The translations under genes and the position numbers were made by a program. Source: a virus (Duplodnaviria > Caudoviricetes). From it: DNA of 64,000 bases. Within the stretch, counting starts at the first letter, position 1; each line of letters starts with the position of its first letter. Under the pieces are notes generated by a model. It made no database searches, had not been told where the DNA came from, and saw only the letters and a program-made list of their open reading frames with translations. Positions 18,301-26,524 of this stretch are shown here, in pieces. The stretch lies in the IMG/VR virus record IMGVR_UViG_2657245668_000002, positions 20,788 through 84,787 of that record. The stretch is one strand, 5' to 3'.

Positions 18301-20712
18301 CGCCCCCGGCATCTTGGCCCATTTCGTGAATCTGGCTACTTTTTCATTGGGGAATGGCTTGCCGTGGTGCAATCTCAACTCGCCTTGTGGAGTTCCTGAT
18401 TCAATATGCCCCTCTTTGGTTGATGCAATACCGCTATCAGTTGATTTTGCAGGTAATCGCACGCCAAAACCGTCGCCTACTGGCTCAATAACAGCACCTG
18501 GCATTTTTGCCCACTTAGTGAATCTGGCCACTTTCTCATTAGGGAATGGCTTGCCGTGGTGCAATCTCAACTCGCCAAGAGTTTCACCTTTTGCATAAGC
18601 TTCGGTACGTGCATCTATAGGGACACCACCAGCACGCTGACGCTGATCGGTAATCGCTGTTTCAGACTGCGCTCCCATCGCCTCAGTAAAGCGGCGCACA
18701 TCTTTACGCTGCCCTCCCTCAAACTGCGGCGCTTTCCCTGACTGAACATCATCAGGATTAACTACAGGTCCATCAGCAAAGATGATGTTTTTATCCGTAA
18801 TGGCCTGCTGATCCGTTTGCCCATCGTAGGTATGGGTTTCTCTGACCGCACCTTGCTGCTCTGCCTGCTCCCTCGGCAAATACACTTGCCCACGAGTCTG
18901 TTCCCCGGCGGTGAATTGTGGCGCGGAACCCGCTTGAGGTTCATCACCTTGAATTGGTCCTGGCATTGGGAAACCTTCACCCGGATGAATATTACCGGGA
19001 GCTGGCAGGCGTGGAGTTCGCTGCGCCCGAATCTGATCAGCCTGCTGAAGTATCGACAACTCATCAGGTGTAAAGCCCTGCTCACCCGACTCCATTTGTT
19101 GCTGAATCAGATCTTGTGCGGTCGGCTGTGCTTCTGGCTCTGCAAGTGAACGTTGAACATCGCTATCATCAGCAAAACCTTGCACGCGAGGATCCTGACG
19201 CAGATAGGCTGGAGTATCGCGGAAATCATCAATCTGGGAGTTAGGTACACCATTTTCGCTCACTGAATTCTGCTGAACTGCCACTTCAGGGGCAGCCTGA
19301 TTTTCTGCCTGCGGTGTCACTTCTGGCTGTAGGGAGGGATCGATATTTTCAGATACTGGCGAACCCTCGATATCAACTGGAGTCTCTGGTGTGGTTTCCG
19401 CTGCGAATCTGCGACCTCGAATCCCACCGATAGTACCGGCCCCCATACCAATCCCACCCCCAACAATTGCATTGTTGGCCCCTGTTTCAAAAACATCTTT
19501 CATCGGGTCAATTTTTTGGCCTGCGGTGTTAATTAATTGCTGATTCTGGACATATCGCTGGGAGGCACCTTGAGCAAACTCAGTACTGCTTTCCGCGAAG
19601 GTTCCCGTCGCTGCACTAGAAATAACACTTTTAGTTGCCATCTTTTTAGTAAGCAATTTTGCTAGGGTATGATCCCCCAATGTAGAAGCGGCAATATTAA
19701 TAGCCAGCATCCGAGGATCAGCAGTAACACTATTAGCAGCTTGTTCTGCAACCTGGCTTCGAGCCAAAGTTAATTTTTGTGTGTCAGTTAATGAGGAATT
19801 AGAGGGGTCGCTATCAATATCAGCAAACGCTTTTTGGAATGTTGTGCTTTCGAGTAATTGATCAAAGGGGATGGAATTAGTCTCTTCACGCATATCAATA
19901 CCGCCTTGACCTTGAGCGGTACCCGTCGATACGCCAACAAACCCCGTGACTTGGGCTCTCCTTTTTGCCATCTGAGCAGTTTCTTTTGCTGTGGCCCTTG
20001 CCGCCTCTTCAGGAAGCACCTTAATTAAACGATTGTAGGCTCCCTTTTCAACCATGCTTTCAACCGCATTAGCCCCTAGCTTTGCCCCACTTGCCGTTAA
20101 AAACATTTGCGATATTGATGGGATTGCATTAATCATCCATGCATCTTTATCGAATAGGCCAGCACCAGCTTTAATCCCAGTAACATTTTTATTTTTGTCA
20201 CGTTCAAAAGTTATAAAATCCATCGCAGCAGCTTCTTTAGCGCCCTCGCTATAATTGCTTTTGATTTCTTTCGAAGCGCTTTGAGCAAGATCACCCACCC
20301 CACTAATCACTGTATTACCAGCACGTGATAACAGATTGCCGCTGTTCGCTTGCATCACCCTCAACATTTCAGGACTAACCGGAATATCAATCAGCGGTTT
20401 CTTTTCACCACTTCGATATTCTGATGCTTTATCATCTAAACGCTGATTACCCGCCTTAAATAACTGAGCATTGCCACTAATGATATCTGTTGGTGCCGCC
20501 GCAGCGGAAAGAAGTACATCTTTTAAACCTACGCTAGGGTCATTGGCTTGCGGAGCTTTTGACTGCCGTCCAGCAGCCTCACGCGCTGCCCTGACGGCAC
20601 CCCAGTCGAAACCAGTATTAGCATTCTCACCTGGTTGCTGGATATTGAGTGTTTCACGATTACTGTTATTGGTTTGCTCTTCTGGACGTTGTTGTTGCGG
20701 ATCGTAAGTCAT
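12364..20712 (-). CDS. Giant polyvalent virion/ejection protein (~2780 aa; LPD1/zincin, MuF-C-like, LPD38-like domains)
   Basis: FRGVQFGNYV..AHYEP..SLAHEWFH, second HEVLAHH, GRTPPVL..KIASVYG region, C-terminal PFFNARMQG..PKPFEIG; last gene of the late operon as in 933W-like phages; ATG at 20712 with SD GGAG. Confidence 0.85.
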   Translation of the reverse strand: MTYDPQQQRPEEQTNNSNRETLNIQQPGENANTGFDWGAVRAAREAAGRQSKAPQANDPSVGLKDVLLSAAAAPTDIISGNAQLFKAGNQRLDDKASEYRSGEKKPLIDIPVSPEMLRVMQANSGNLLSRAGNTVISGVGDLAQSASKEIKSNYSEGAKEAAAMDFITFERDKNKNVTGIKAGAGLFDKDAWMINAIPSISQMFLTASGAKLGANAVESMVEKGAYNRLIKVLPEEAARATAKETAQMAKRRAQVTGFVGVSTGTAQGQGGIDMREETNSIPFDQLLESTTFQKAFADIDSDPSNSSLTDTQKLTLARSQVAEQAANSVTADPRMLAINIAASTLGDHTLAKLLTKKMATKSVISSAATGTFAESSTEFAQGASQRYVQNQQLINTAGQKIDPMKDVFETGANNAIVGGGIGMGAGTIGGIRGRRFAAETTPETPVDIEGSPVSENIDPSLQPEVTPQAENQAAPEVAVQQNSVSENGVPNSQIDDFRDTPAYLRQDPRVQGFADDSDVQRSLAEPEAQPTAQDLIQQQMESGEQGFTPDELSILQQADQIRAQRTPRLPAPGNIHPGEGFPMPGPIQGDEPQAGSAPQFTAGEQTRGQVYLPREQAEQQGAVRETHTYDGQTDQQAITDKNIIFADGPVVNPDDVQSGKAPQFEGGQRKDVRRFTEAMGAQSETAITDQRQRAGGVPIDARTEAYAKGETLGELRLHHGKPFPNEKVARFTKWAKMPGAVIEPVGDGFGVRLPAKSTDSGIASTKEGHIESGTPQGELRLHHGKPFPNEKVARFTKWAKMPGAVIEPVSDGFGVRLPPEPTTANTKTAPSNEGVVASGEQQVGELRLHLGKPFNSEKVAKYSKWGRMPGATIEPVGKGYGVRLPVPEPVGQAKNRDAKIDDFGEELKGAAKHKWGQLAESLKADHDIEEIKKQPLSKLFPHPDYTKMHENGIEPGKLALLAALRSFIPTKPGSPYKLNQWAEQVKGVRDLAGSIINSHASVDDIKTIFRSKSSLRSAADAIDLISQFKPEHMAEASKYSIRSGHYTYFDGKSYPGGKTLYELVTPGGMKTDISAGSIPELLPKAKEFIETKINSDKGDDALKQAQLTPRQAKLEIYTRRADKSVFIGYKGAMGVLPLKAGFKTPTEARAYLAENRAEIEAKLDKLRKTSREEQRKLTNEPRIGIERRNGNVTPEQFSDAFGFRGVQFGNYVEGARRQTELNDAYDSLVDMAELLNVPPQALSLNGELGLAFGARGKAGAKAHYEPGQVVINLTKGNGAGSLAHEWFHALDNYFGTYDVHGESSGKRSSEFITDRKRPRYEFSGGKRQEIIHPVRQEVHDAFKSVVEKVTHSGMMERASLLDGSRSKAYWTTKLEMSARAFERYLLDKAQSKGISNDYLVNLRKADEHANPETYAYPTEAELNGGVRQAFDHLFQTLKTKPTDKGIAFYSRKGTDIGKGNVISDTGHTAAGDKPTQGIRQGRAQVIADVWVRNLNGAAKIKVKVVQTQAEAAAMMPSGIPKEFGIVHAIYQPELSRVIVVADNITSDRELRAKLRHEVLAHHGLASVIGDVEYDRIMRVLHQTRDSKNKEIQDVWREVDKSYRNESLEMQANEFLAHMAERSELTGLGAMWDRFVSVLINGLKKTGIMNANDISPTEIRNILRTVAGRFKKTAMYDGEQPGTREFDNTFSRSDALYSKHDDVDPLKPVPVEAEQYRSELDKAMRSLRSVDTPVKLGRTPPVLKALGAPNLDMFITRDTVRKATNGIKHEVPMSIIEQLPELLHDPLAVYRSSTQDNAVVVLLEAKDVSNNPVVTAIHLNAKKGFIEVNKIASVYGTVGGMQKINGMEDAGLTLYKREKQNPEKLHSRGLQLPKENTYQGSESQSGTAQELQLLKRGSPNQDSVENILSSTDIRKNKALYSRTANPSMDAETSRKMGFNVEQGWFDKAKTFYGTVTSKDKTELKAWLKETGRKLNTKTFDGMAPLKYAEDAAGINDARSSAYIGARMAAGAGSVTAATLEHGLPRYNKVEGIVERQSGTGKEDALMGILDGLGNHRENFFKWIAGHRSERLMKEGKENNFNADEIAYMKTLSRGNETLFEGQKKKYDAFIKSILDLQQDMGLIDPESRAQWEDAWYLPYYREAENGEVKGPWTSKGIANQSSTVRKLKGSDLTIKDPIENLFNYVAKSVDASMKNEAMRRSVVNLADTGVLEVIESPNKMDFERIGKDVVKVFVDGQEKLVQVNDPELYRAFTMIDLERSNSTFMKAARQAKKVLTVSTTSMPDFIIRNFMRDSIHSWAINKDGFKPVTASWAGFKKALRTDDSLVDMMFAGATFGGGYSNVYDPASTAKTIRSVLRRKGYTDSQIQEFESSIARNSKEVMGKIEQGLHKYKNLSEAAENANRLATYEAAIKSGKSKAQAAFESRDLMDFSMMGASNIMINLSDMLPFFNARMQGLSKLGRGIKENPREVLKRGGMITAASLALMALNWDDKRYEELQDWDKDTYWHAWIGGQHIRFPKPFEIGLMFGTLPERFVRALGGKDTGAKFGKLVAHNFMETMAFNPIPQVAMPIAEAYVNYDFFKGGPIENMADSNLIAGARYNDQTSLLMREVGQATNMSPKMLDHIAMGYTGSLGSYVMGATNLLMSNLKDYGETPAMRLDEMPVIKSFFRGSDPAKSTQFTEDFYRMMTEANQINSTINSFRKQGRGDDANELIEENRGKLSQRQGLTATQKQVKALNAQIEMMRRDRILTADQKREKIDRLMATRNKLVQQAVERVNPYFNK

Positions 20713-21284
20713 TGGGCGCTCCAAATTTCAGACGTAAAAAAAGCCTCATTGTGAGGCTGTTCGATAGTATTAATAAGGTCCGGTTGAGCGAGATCTTTAA
20801 TCCGTTCATATTCAAGATTAAGTCTGTGTTTTTCCTTCTTTCTCGCATTCATCAATCGACTACCGATAGTCCCCTTAACCTTCGAAACATTTTCTTTTAT
20901 GGCAAATAGATGCTGTGCTTGTTCACCAATTGCGCGACGACGCTTTAGTTGCTCTGCCATCCAGTTGAAAGCATTGATATACGCCTCTTTAATCGCTGTC
21001 GCAGGTTTACCGGTAAATCCCATAATTAACATCATGCAGCCATCACGGGTTATATTAAACATCGGCTGCGTATCGCCATTTTTATCAATGAAATCAGTGG
21101 GCGCAAAATTGCGCTGGGTAAAATCATCGGAACATTTCAGGTTTCGAATTGCCCTTAGAACATCTTTGTGACGCTTGCTAAAGCATTGAGCAACCTTAAG
21201 TGAGGTGGTTATCACTTTGTTCTCTGACATAACCACCATGTCTCGAAAATCAAATTGTGGGATGACTACCATTTGTTTGTTCAT
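20709..21284 (-). CDS. Rha-family phage regulatory protein
   Basis: TTSLKVA..KRHKDVLRAIRNL..ITRDGCMMLIMGFTG..KEAYINAF; ATG at 21284 with SD AAGGA. Confidence 0.9.
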   Translation of the reverse strand: MNKQMVVIPQFDFRDMVVMSENKVITTSLKVAQCFSKRHKDVLRAIRNLKCSDDFTQRNFAPTDFIDKNGDTQPMFNITRDGCMMLIMGFTGKPATAIKEAYINAFNWMAEQLKRRRAIGEQAQHLFAIKENVSKVKGTIGSRLMNARKKEKHRLNLEYERIKDLAQPDLINTIEQPHNEAFFTSEIWSAQ

Positions 21285-21472
21285 TGGCACTTCCTTATTA
21301 GAAATGAACCTTTGGCGCATAGGAAACCAGCCCATCGAGGCGTACCAACCGTACTGGCTCCTCAAAGGCTCATTTCTAATCAGGTTCGATGATTTGAAGC
21401 ACATGCGTTGTGCTGGGGAAACTGGAATAAAAAAAACCCGGCAGGCGAACCTGTCGAGGCTAGATTTCGTGC

Positions 21473-21549
21473 ATAAAAAAACCGAAGGGCTTTTTAAAGC
21501 TCACTTCGGCATCTTTGGATAATTTAGCGCGTTCCGTTTGGCTAAGCAA
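21473..21549 (-). promoter_or_regulatory. Late promoter + leader terminator unit 1 (TTGCTT-N17-TAAATT)
   Basis: -35 at 21549-21544, -10 at 21526-21521, shared ACGCGCTAAATT..AAAGATGC motif, CCGAAG/CTTCGG hairpin + T tract. Confidence 0.75.
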
Positions 21550-21630
21550 GATTATAAATTGCAAATATCTCATACTACAATTGACGATACAGACTCCAAT
21601 ATTTTATAGTCTCAATTAAAAGCAATACAG

Positions 21631-22344
21631 TCAGTAGTATTCGGTGTTATACATGGCAGAGTATACTTCTGTTACTCTGCCATCAGGGTATATGTCTTTT
21701 ATTTTACAGGATACAGGGTTACCATGTGAATCTATCGTACACTCTCTTATTGTTGAAACTTCAAGCTTATCATTAATGTAAGTTTTCGTTTCATAGTTAA
21801 ATGGATTTATTGCTTTAGCATCAAATTCAGTCACTATTTTATTCACAAAATTCTCTTCATAACTTACGTCTAAAATAGGATATCCACTTTCGTCATACTC
21901 GTAATGTTTTCTTATTTTCCCACTTTCTGATATTTTAACATCCGTTACAAACCCTTTATCATTCAGTAGTGCTTTAACATCTCCATTCATAGTTTGCGTA
22001 ATGTTGCATTTCTCATTCAAAATTAACTTTCTTTCTTTGGTATTACTATTAATATAAAAATTACCATCTTTAACGTAATCCGTATCTATTTCTGATATTG
22101 GAGTGCGGACCTTTATTGAAGTAAAGCAGCCTTTCTCATCAATATTTGCATGAGCTTCAGAAATAACATTCCCATTGGCATCCAGCATTTTTTGACTGAG
22201 TGATTTAACAGGTCCATGTAACGGGTCTAACCCAAATATGTTAGAGATGCTTGCAACATTCGGCGTAAAAACTAAAGATTCATTATTCCTATCGCAGGCA
22301 CTTAATGCCACAATCAGGGTGCAGACACTTATAATCCGTTTCAC
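21631..22344 (-). CDS. YnfC-like (UPF0257) lipoprotein moron
   Basis: Lipobox LSAC, FTPNVASISNIFGLDPLHGPVKS motif, AT-rich. Confidence 0.7.
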   Translation of the reverse strand: MKRIISVCTLIVALSACDRNNESLVFTPNVASISNIFGLDPLHGPVKSLSQKMLDANGNVISEAHANIDEKGCFTSIKVRTPISEIDTDYVKDGNFYINSNTKERKLILNEKCNITQTMNGDVKALLNDKGFVTDVKISESGKIRKHYEYDESGYPILDVSYEENFVNKIVTEFDAKAINPFNYETKTYINDKLEVSTIRECTIDSHGNPVSCKIKDIYPDGRVTEVYSAMYNTEYY

Positions 22345-22419
22345 TATGCACTATTCCTTATAATAAGTAGCTGATTACATAATATCAGGAGTCGCTAAGA
22401 ATAATAAGAAACATATTTA

Positions 22420-23796
22420 TTACTTTGCCGCTCGACTATAAACTTCTCGTAACTGCTGCGCAGTAAAGCTATCACCAGAAACGAGTGTTTCCTGGGTGGT
22501 ACTGTTTGTAGCCCTCTGCTGCCTTCCTTCCCTTTGTTTCTGTTTCCATGCCACAAAGGCCTGCTGATCCTGTGGGCTATTCAGATCAGGCGCTTCACCA
22601 AACTCTTTTTGGTACTCTCCTGCAAATGCTTCCAACTCTGCCGGGTCAATACCTGATTGATTTTGCGAACTACGTCCCCCGCCAACACCGTAGAGTTCTG
22701 ACGCTTGTTGACGGCGTTGCTCCGAGTTGCTCTTAATCTCCTGTTTTGCAGCAGTCAGTTGTTTTTCATCCATCATCGCACCATCTTTATTCAGTGCAGT
22801 CAGTTGCTTACCTTCATCTTTGCTAATATCCAGCAGTTCTTTACGATAGCCCTCACTTTCCTGACGCATAGCGGCTTTATCTGGCGGGTTAACCATGCTG
22901 CCAATGAACTTGGCCCTATCTGGTTGGTTAAGCTGACCAACCATCTGGCTGTAACCTCTGACTTTATTCATAAACTCATCGATAGGGATTTTAGCTACCT
23001 GGTTATCATTCACATCAGCGGAACCGAATTGAGTCATAGGTTTGTTGGCGGTTGAACCATCGCTATAAGTGACTTTCAGACCGGGAATAACAAACTTGCC
23101 ATCTTCACTGATACCAATATGAGCCAACTCTTTGCTCTTAATCTTCTTCCCTGACGCTGGATCGACTTCATCAATATTGCGTTCAATATAGGGGGCCAGC
23201 ACAGTATTCATCGTTTTTAATACTTTCGGGTCGTTATAGTTCATTTCCCCGGAAAGCACCTTCGGCATAATCTGGTTAATCTCCATCACATTATCAATTG
23301 CTCCCTGACCAAAGAAACGCGAAGGGTGAAGCGGGTTATCCTTTGAAATTTGCCCATACAATTGAGGGTCAACCTGACCGGTGGTTTCAATTTGCTTATA
23401 CAGCGCCTGAACAACCGGCATTTCTTCTTGCATGCGCTGCTGCCGCTCAGCTTGAGAACGTTGGAAATTAAACTCGTTCTTACGCATATTGAGTTCCTGC
23501 GCCCGCATGCCCAAGCTGGCATTTGCCGTGCGCTGACTAGCCTGCGCCAAGCCATAGTTCTTATTCCACTGCTCATCACCCACGCTATCACGCTGTGATT
23601 TATATTGATGATCACGATTGTCAGTTTCTTTGCGCCAGTTAACCTGATCCTGCGCCAGACCATAGTTACGGTCAGAGTCCTTAACCTGTTGTTGTTGTGC
23701 CGCATCCCGCAAACCCAGTTCACGGTCACGACTGATAGCCTGATCCGCAGTATTGAAGCCTGCCAAGAAGCCGTCTGCTAAACCTTGTACGCCCAT
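22420..23796 (-). CDS. Internal virion / DNA ejection protein
   Basis: Q-rich helical protein, GLADGFLAGF N-terminus, position before the giant gene. Confidence 0.65.
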   Translation of the reverse strand: MGVQGLADGFLAGFNTADQAISRDRELGLRDAAQQQQVKDSDRNYGLAQDQVNWRKETDNRDHQYKSQRDSVGDEQWNKNYGLAQASQRTANASLGMRAQELNMRKNEFNFQRSQAERQQRMQEEMPVVQALYKQIETTGQVDPQLYGQISKDNPLHPSRFFGQGAIDNVMEINQIMPKVLSGEMNYNDPKVLKTMNTVLAPYIERNIDEVDPASGKKIKSKELAHIGISEDGKFVIPGLKVTYSDGSTANKPMTQFGSADVNDNQVAKIPIDEFMNKVRGYSQMVGQLNQPDRAKFIGSMVNPPDKAAMRQESEGYRKELLDISKDEGKQLTALNKDGAMMDEKQLTAAKQEIKSNSEQRRQQASELYGVGGGRSSQNQSGIDPAELEAFAGEYQKEFGEAPDLNSPQDQQAFVAWKQKQREGRQQRATNSTTQETLVSGDSFTAQQLREVYSRAAK

Positions 23797-23808
23797 AATA
23801 ATGATCCT

Positions 23809-24069
23809 TTAGAAGAAACTACTTGCCAGCAAACCTACTGCGGCACCAATACCCGCACCAATCGGCCCACCCGCAGCACCATAGGTGGCACCAACCGCCA
23901 TACCAGTACCGGCCCCCACGCCAATCATGCTCATTTGGCTCTGTTTCTGTTGGGATTTGAGCTGCTCATTTGCAGATTCGCGCTGTATCTCGCGGTTAGA
24001 AGCATCACCTAGCCCTTGCATGGCCTGCTGCCGAGTATCCCGTGCAACATCAATCAGTCCGTATCCCAT
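23809..24069 (-). CDS. Small glycine-rich ejection protein
   Basis: GxxxG-rich hydrophobic C-terminus; operon position. Confidence 0.65.
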   Translation of the reverse strand: MGYGLIDVARDTRQQAMQGLGDASNREIQRESANEQLKSQQKQSQMSMIGVGAGTGMAVGATYGAAGGPIGAGIGAAVGLLASSFF

Positions 24070-24452
24070 TAGTTACTCCCCCCGCCAATACTCATTTGCT
24101 CACGTAGACTTGCACTGCCACCGGTTAAAATATTCATCTGCCGATCTTGCTCAGCCTCCCGGATACCATTCTTCGCCCCGGCAGTGGCCAGTGCTGAGCG
24201 CAAGCCTAAACTGTTATCGTTCGGGTTTGCCGTCTGAGTAGTGCCATAACGCGCCAACTGATTTTGAGTACCCAACTGAGCAGAACGCAGACTGTTAGCA
24301 GAACTATCACTGACGCGGGTTAATTGCTGATTCATCAGTTCGCCGCTGGTAGCCAAACCCATCAGCTCTTTTTGCTTTGGATAAAAACGAGTGAGCCAAT
24401 CGTTATACTGATCACGAATAAGATTGGCATAGGTATCAGATGCTTGTCCCAT
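24069..24452 (-). CDS. Internal virion protein
   Basis: Coupled gene in the ejection cluster. Confidence 0.6.
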   Translation of the reverse strand: MGQASDTYANLIRDQYNDWLTRFYPKQKELMGLATSGELMNQQLTRVSDSSANSLRSAQLGTQNQLARYGTTQTANPNDNSLGLRSALATAGAKNGIREAEQDRQMNILTGGSASLREQMSIGGGSN

Positions 24453-24467
24453 AACTACCTCCTATCA

Positions 24468-25103
24468 TTAGCTGCCGCCAAAGATGCCAGTGGATTTACT
24501 ACTCACGTCTTTGAGACCATAAGTCGATTTGCTGCTGACATCCTTTACCCCATAATTACGAGCGGCCATACCACCAGCAGCACCAACTAATTGCCCTACT
24601 GCCTGTCGGTCGCTAAGTGACTTCTGTGCATCGCTGGTCGCTTTACTTAAACTCTGGCTGGCAATGTTGCTATAACCAGACAGTGCATCAGCTTTTTGCC
24701 CTGAGCCCATAGCGACAACATCCTGTAACCCGGCTACATATTTATCCTGTTGTGAGGTTTGCGCTCGGTTAGTAGTGTCGATTTGCCCTGCCACCTGATC
24801 ACTTTGCAACGTTTGTAGTGTTCCCTGGAATTTACCGCTACTCGGATCAACGCCCCCCGCAGACAATTCAGTAGCCGCCTGTTGGCGTGCCTTACCAAAC
24901 TCCTGTTGATAACCTAAGTTGACGGTCCCAGCGGCATCGTCATATTTCGACTCGTTATTCATACTGTCTACTTTGCTAATAAACAGATTTTCCATTGGCT
25001 TAAGTTCGTTCTGGTACAGCGTCCATTGTTTACCCGCAATTTCAGCCGCTGCCAGTTCCTGAGAGGTTTCTTTAACCTCGGTGCTACCGCCACCTTTGCC
25101 CAT
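24468..25103 (-). CDS. Internal virion / ejection protein
   Basis: MGKGGGS N-terminus typical of podovirus pilot proteins; C-terminal 11-aa duplication. Confidence 0.65.
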   Translation of the reverse strand: MGKGGGSTEVKETSQELAAAEIAGKQWTLYQNELKPMENLFISKVDSMNNESKYDDAAGTVNLGYQQEFGKARQQAATELSAGGVDPSSGKFQGTLQTLQSDQVAGQIDTTNRAQTSQQDKYVAGLQDVVAMGSGQKADALSGYSNIASQSLSKATSDAQKSLSDRQAVGQLVGAAGGMAARNYGVKDVSSKSTYGLKDVSSKSTGIFGGS

Positions 25104-25110
25104 AATGACC

Positions 25111-25485
25111 TCATACCGGTATTTTGAATTTCATCAGTCCATCTTTATCAGGCATGCGCTCAAAACCGAGACGCCGCGCAATTCGGATAAACCCTTTTCG
25201 TGCTGTATAAAACTCCGCCCAGCGCCCGCCTATCATCCGAGTCAGTTGCTGAACCTCTGGGGTGTACTTAACCAAACCTTGCTGCCCGCTACTAATACCC
25301 AGCCAAACCACCACATAAGGAATGCCTTCTTTCATTCGCGGGCGCAGGACTATCACTGCATCGTCCGCTGAAAAGCAAAACGCCTGCTTGTTACGGCAGG
25401 CGTCTTGGACATGAATGAGGAGTTCCGGATCACCGGCATCGCTGGCTATTCGGGCCAGTTTAGAAGTGAAAGTAGTTTGCAGCAT
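25111..25485 (-). CDS. Putative GNAT-like virion assembly protein
   Basis: TARKGFIRIARRLGF; precedes the ejection genes as in podoviruses; start uncertain. Confidence 0.5.
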   Translation of the reverse strand: MLQTTFTSKLARIASDAGDPELLIHVQDACRNKQAFCFSADDAVIVLRPRMKEGIPYVVVWLGISSGQQGLVKYTPEVQQLTRMIGGRWAEFYTARKGFIRIARRLGFERMPDKDGLMKFKIPV

Positions 25486-26458
25486 CCAGCACCATGATAG
25501 GAATACTTGAAACGTAATAGGTTAATGGGCCATGGGATGCCGGTTGATTTCTGGCCCATCCCCAAGCAGGGCCAATCTGCGTGCCGTTGCTGTTCACCCA
25601 GACATAAACCTGCCACGGGTAACTGTACATCGCACCAATATTGCACGGCGCGTACATTGGTCGGGCAATGCCCTCAACACTCCGCATTGAGCCTAATGCT
25701 GCACCGGTTAAAGGAACCAATTTAGGGCGGGCCAAAATATCGTAGCCAGAGTTATAAACCACTGAGCCATTTTGTTTTGAATAGATTTCCAAGCCATATT
25801 TGCTGCGATTTAACGCACCATTACCAAAGATACAGACCTTGGCTCTAATAGTCGCGCCGCCACCGCCATTGACATAAAAAACCCGATATCGGCGGTCAGT
25901 GGGGTCAGGCGACATACAAATGGTTTTACTGGCATCTGTTGTGTAGAAATAACACATCACCTGATCGGCTGCGAATGCCGGATTAATATAACTGGGTAAC
26001 CAGCCATCATTTATATCAACTTCACCTTTAAATAACAGGCAAGAGAATTGACTGATATTGCTAATGCCGGTGAAGTTATTAACCCCCATAAATTGGATAC
26101 CATAACCGCCCACCGATCCAGAAGCGGGCCAGATATAAACACCATAATATGAAGATGGAATAGCACCATAATAATTAACTGAGTTTACTTTCAGTGTACG
26201 GTTAGCGTCTAAATAAGGTTGATTATAAGCGAATCCACCTGGTACCCACTGACTACCACTAACGGTGTAATCAAGCCAGGCATAAGAAGACATCCAAAGA
26301 AAATAGTCATAGCCAGAAGGAATAGTAATCCCCGTATTCCATTCCCCATATGAAGTACCTTTACTGCCCATGCCAACTATTTTAGTGACCGTAGTTTTGT
26401 TATCCATCACGACTGATGTGCCATCAGGGCGGAATACTTCTAAACCGTAGCGCGACAC
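25460..26458 (-). CDS. Tail tip / putative receptor-binding protein (DUF6453-like)
   Basis: Three YG(L/I)(E/Q) repeats, Y/G/W-rich beta protein. Confidence 0.6.
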   Translation of the reverse strand: MSRYGLEVFRPDGTSVVMDNKTTVTKIVGMGSKGTSYGEWNTGITIPSGYDYFLWMSSYAWLDYTVSGSQWVPGGFAYNQPYLDANRTLKVNSVNYYGAIPSSYYGVYIWPASGSVGGYGIQFMGVNNFTGISNISQFSCLLFKGEVDINDGWLPSYINPAFAADQVMCYFYTTDASKTICMSPDPTDRRYRVFYVNGGGGATIRAKVCIFGNGALNRSKYGLEIYSKQNGSVVYNSGYDILARPKLVPLTGAALGSMRSVEGIARPMYAPCNIGAMYSYPWQVYVWVNSNGTQIGPAWGWARNQPASHGPLTYYVSSIPIMVLDAANYFHF

Positions 26459-26524
26459 TGCCAGATACCGTTAAAGTTAAAATCAGGAGGGGGATTCTTA
26501 CCCACGGACATACACGCGGTTAAA

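Noticed and set aside
12423-20909. Many short ORFs within the giant gene
   Set aside because: Antisense or alternative-frame shadows without SD or family motifs.
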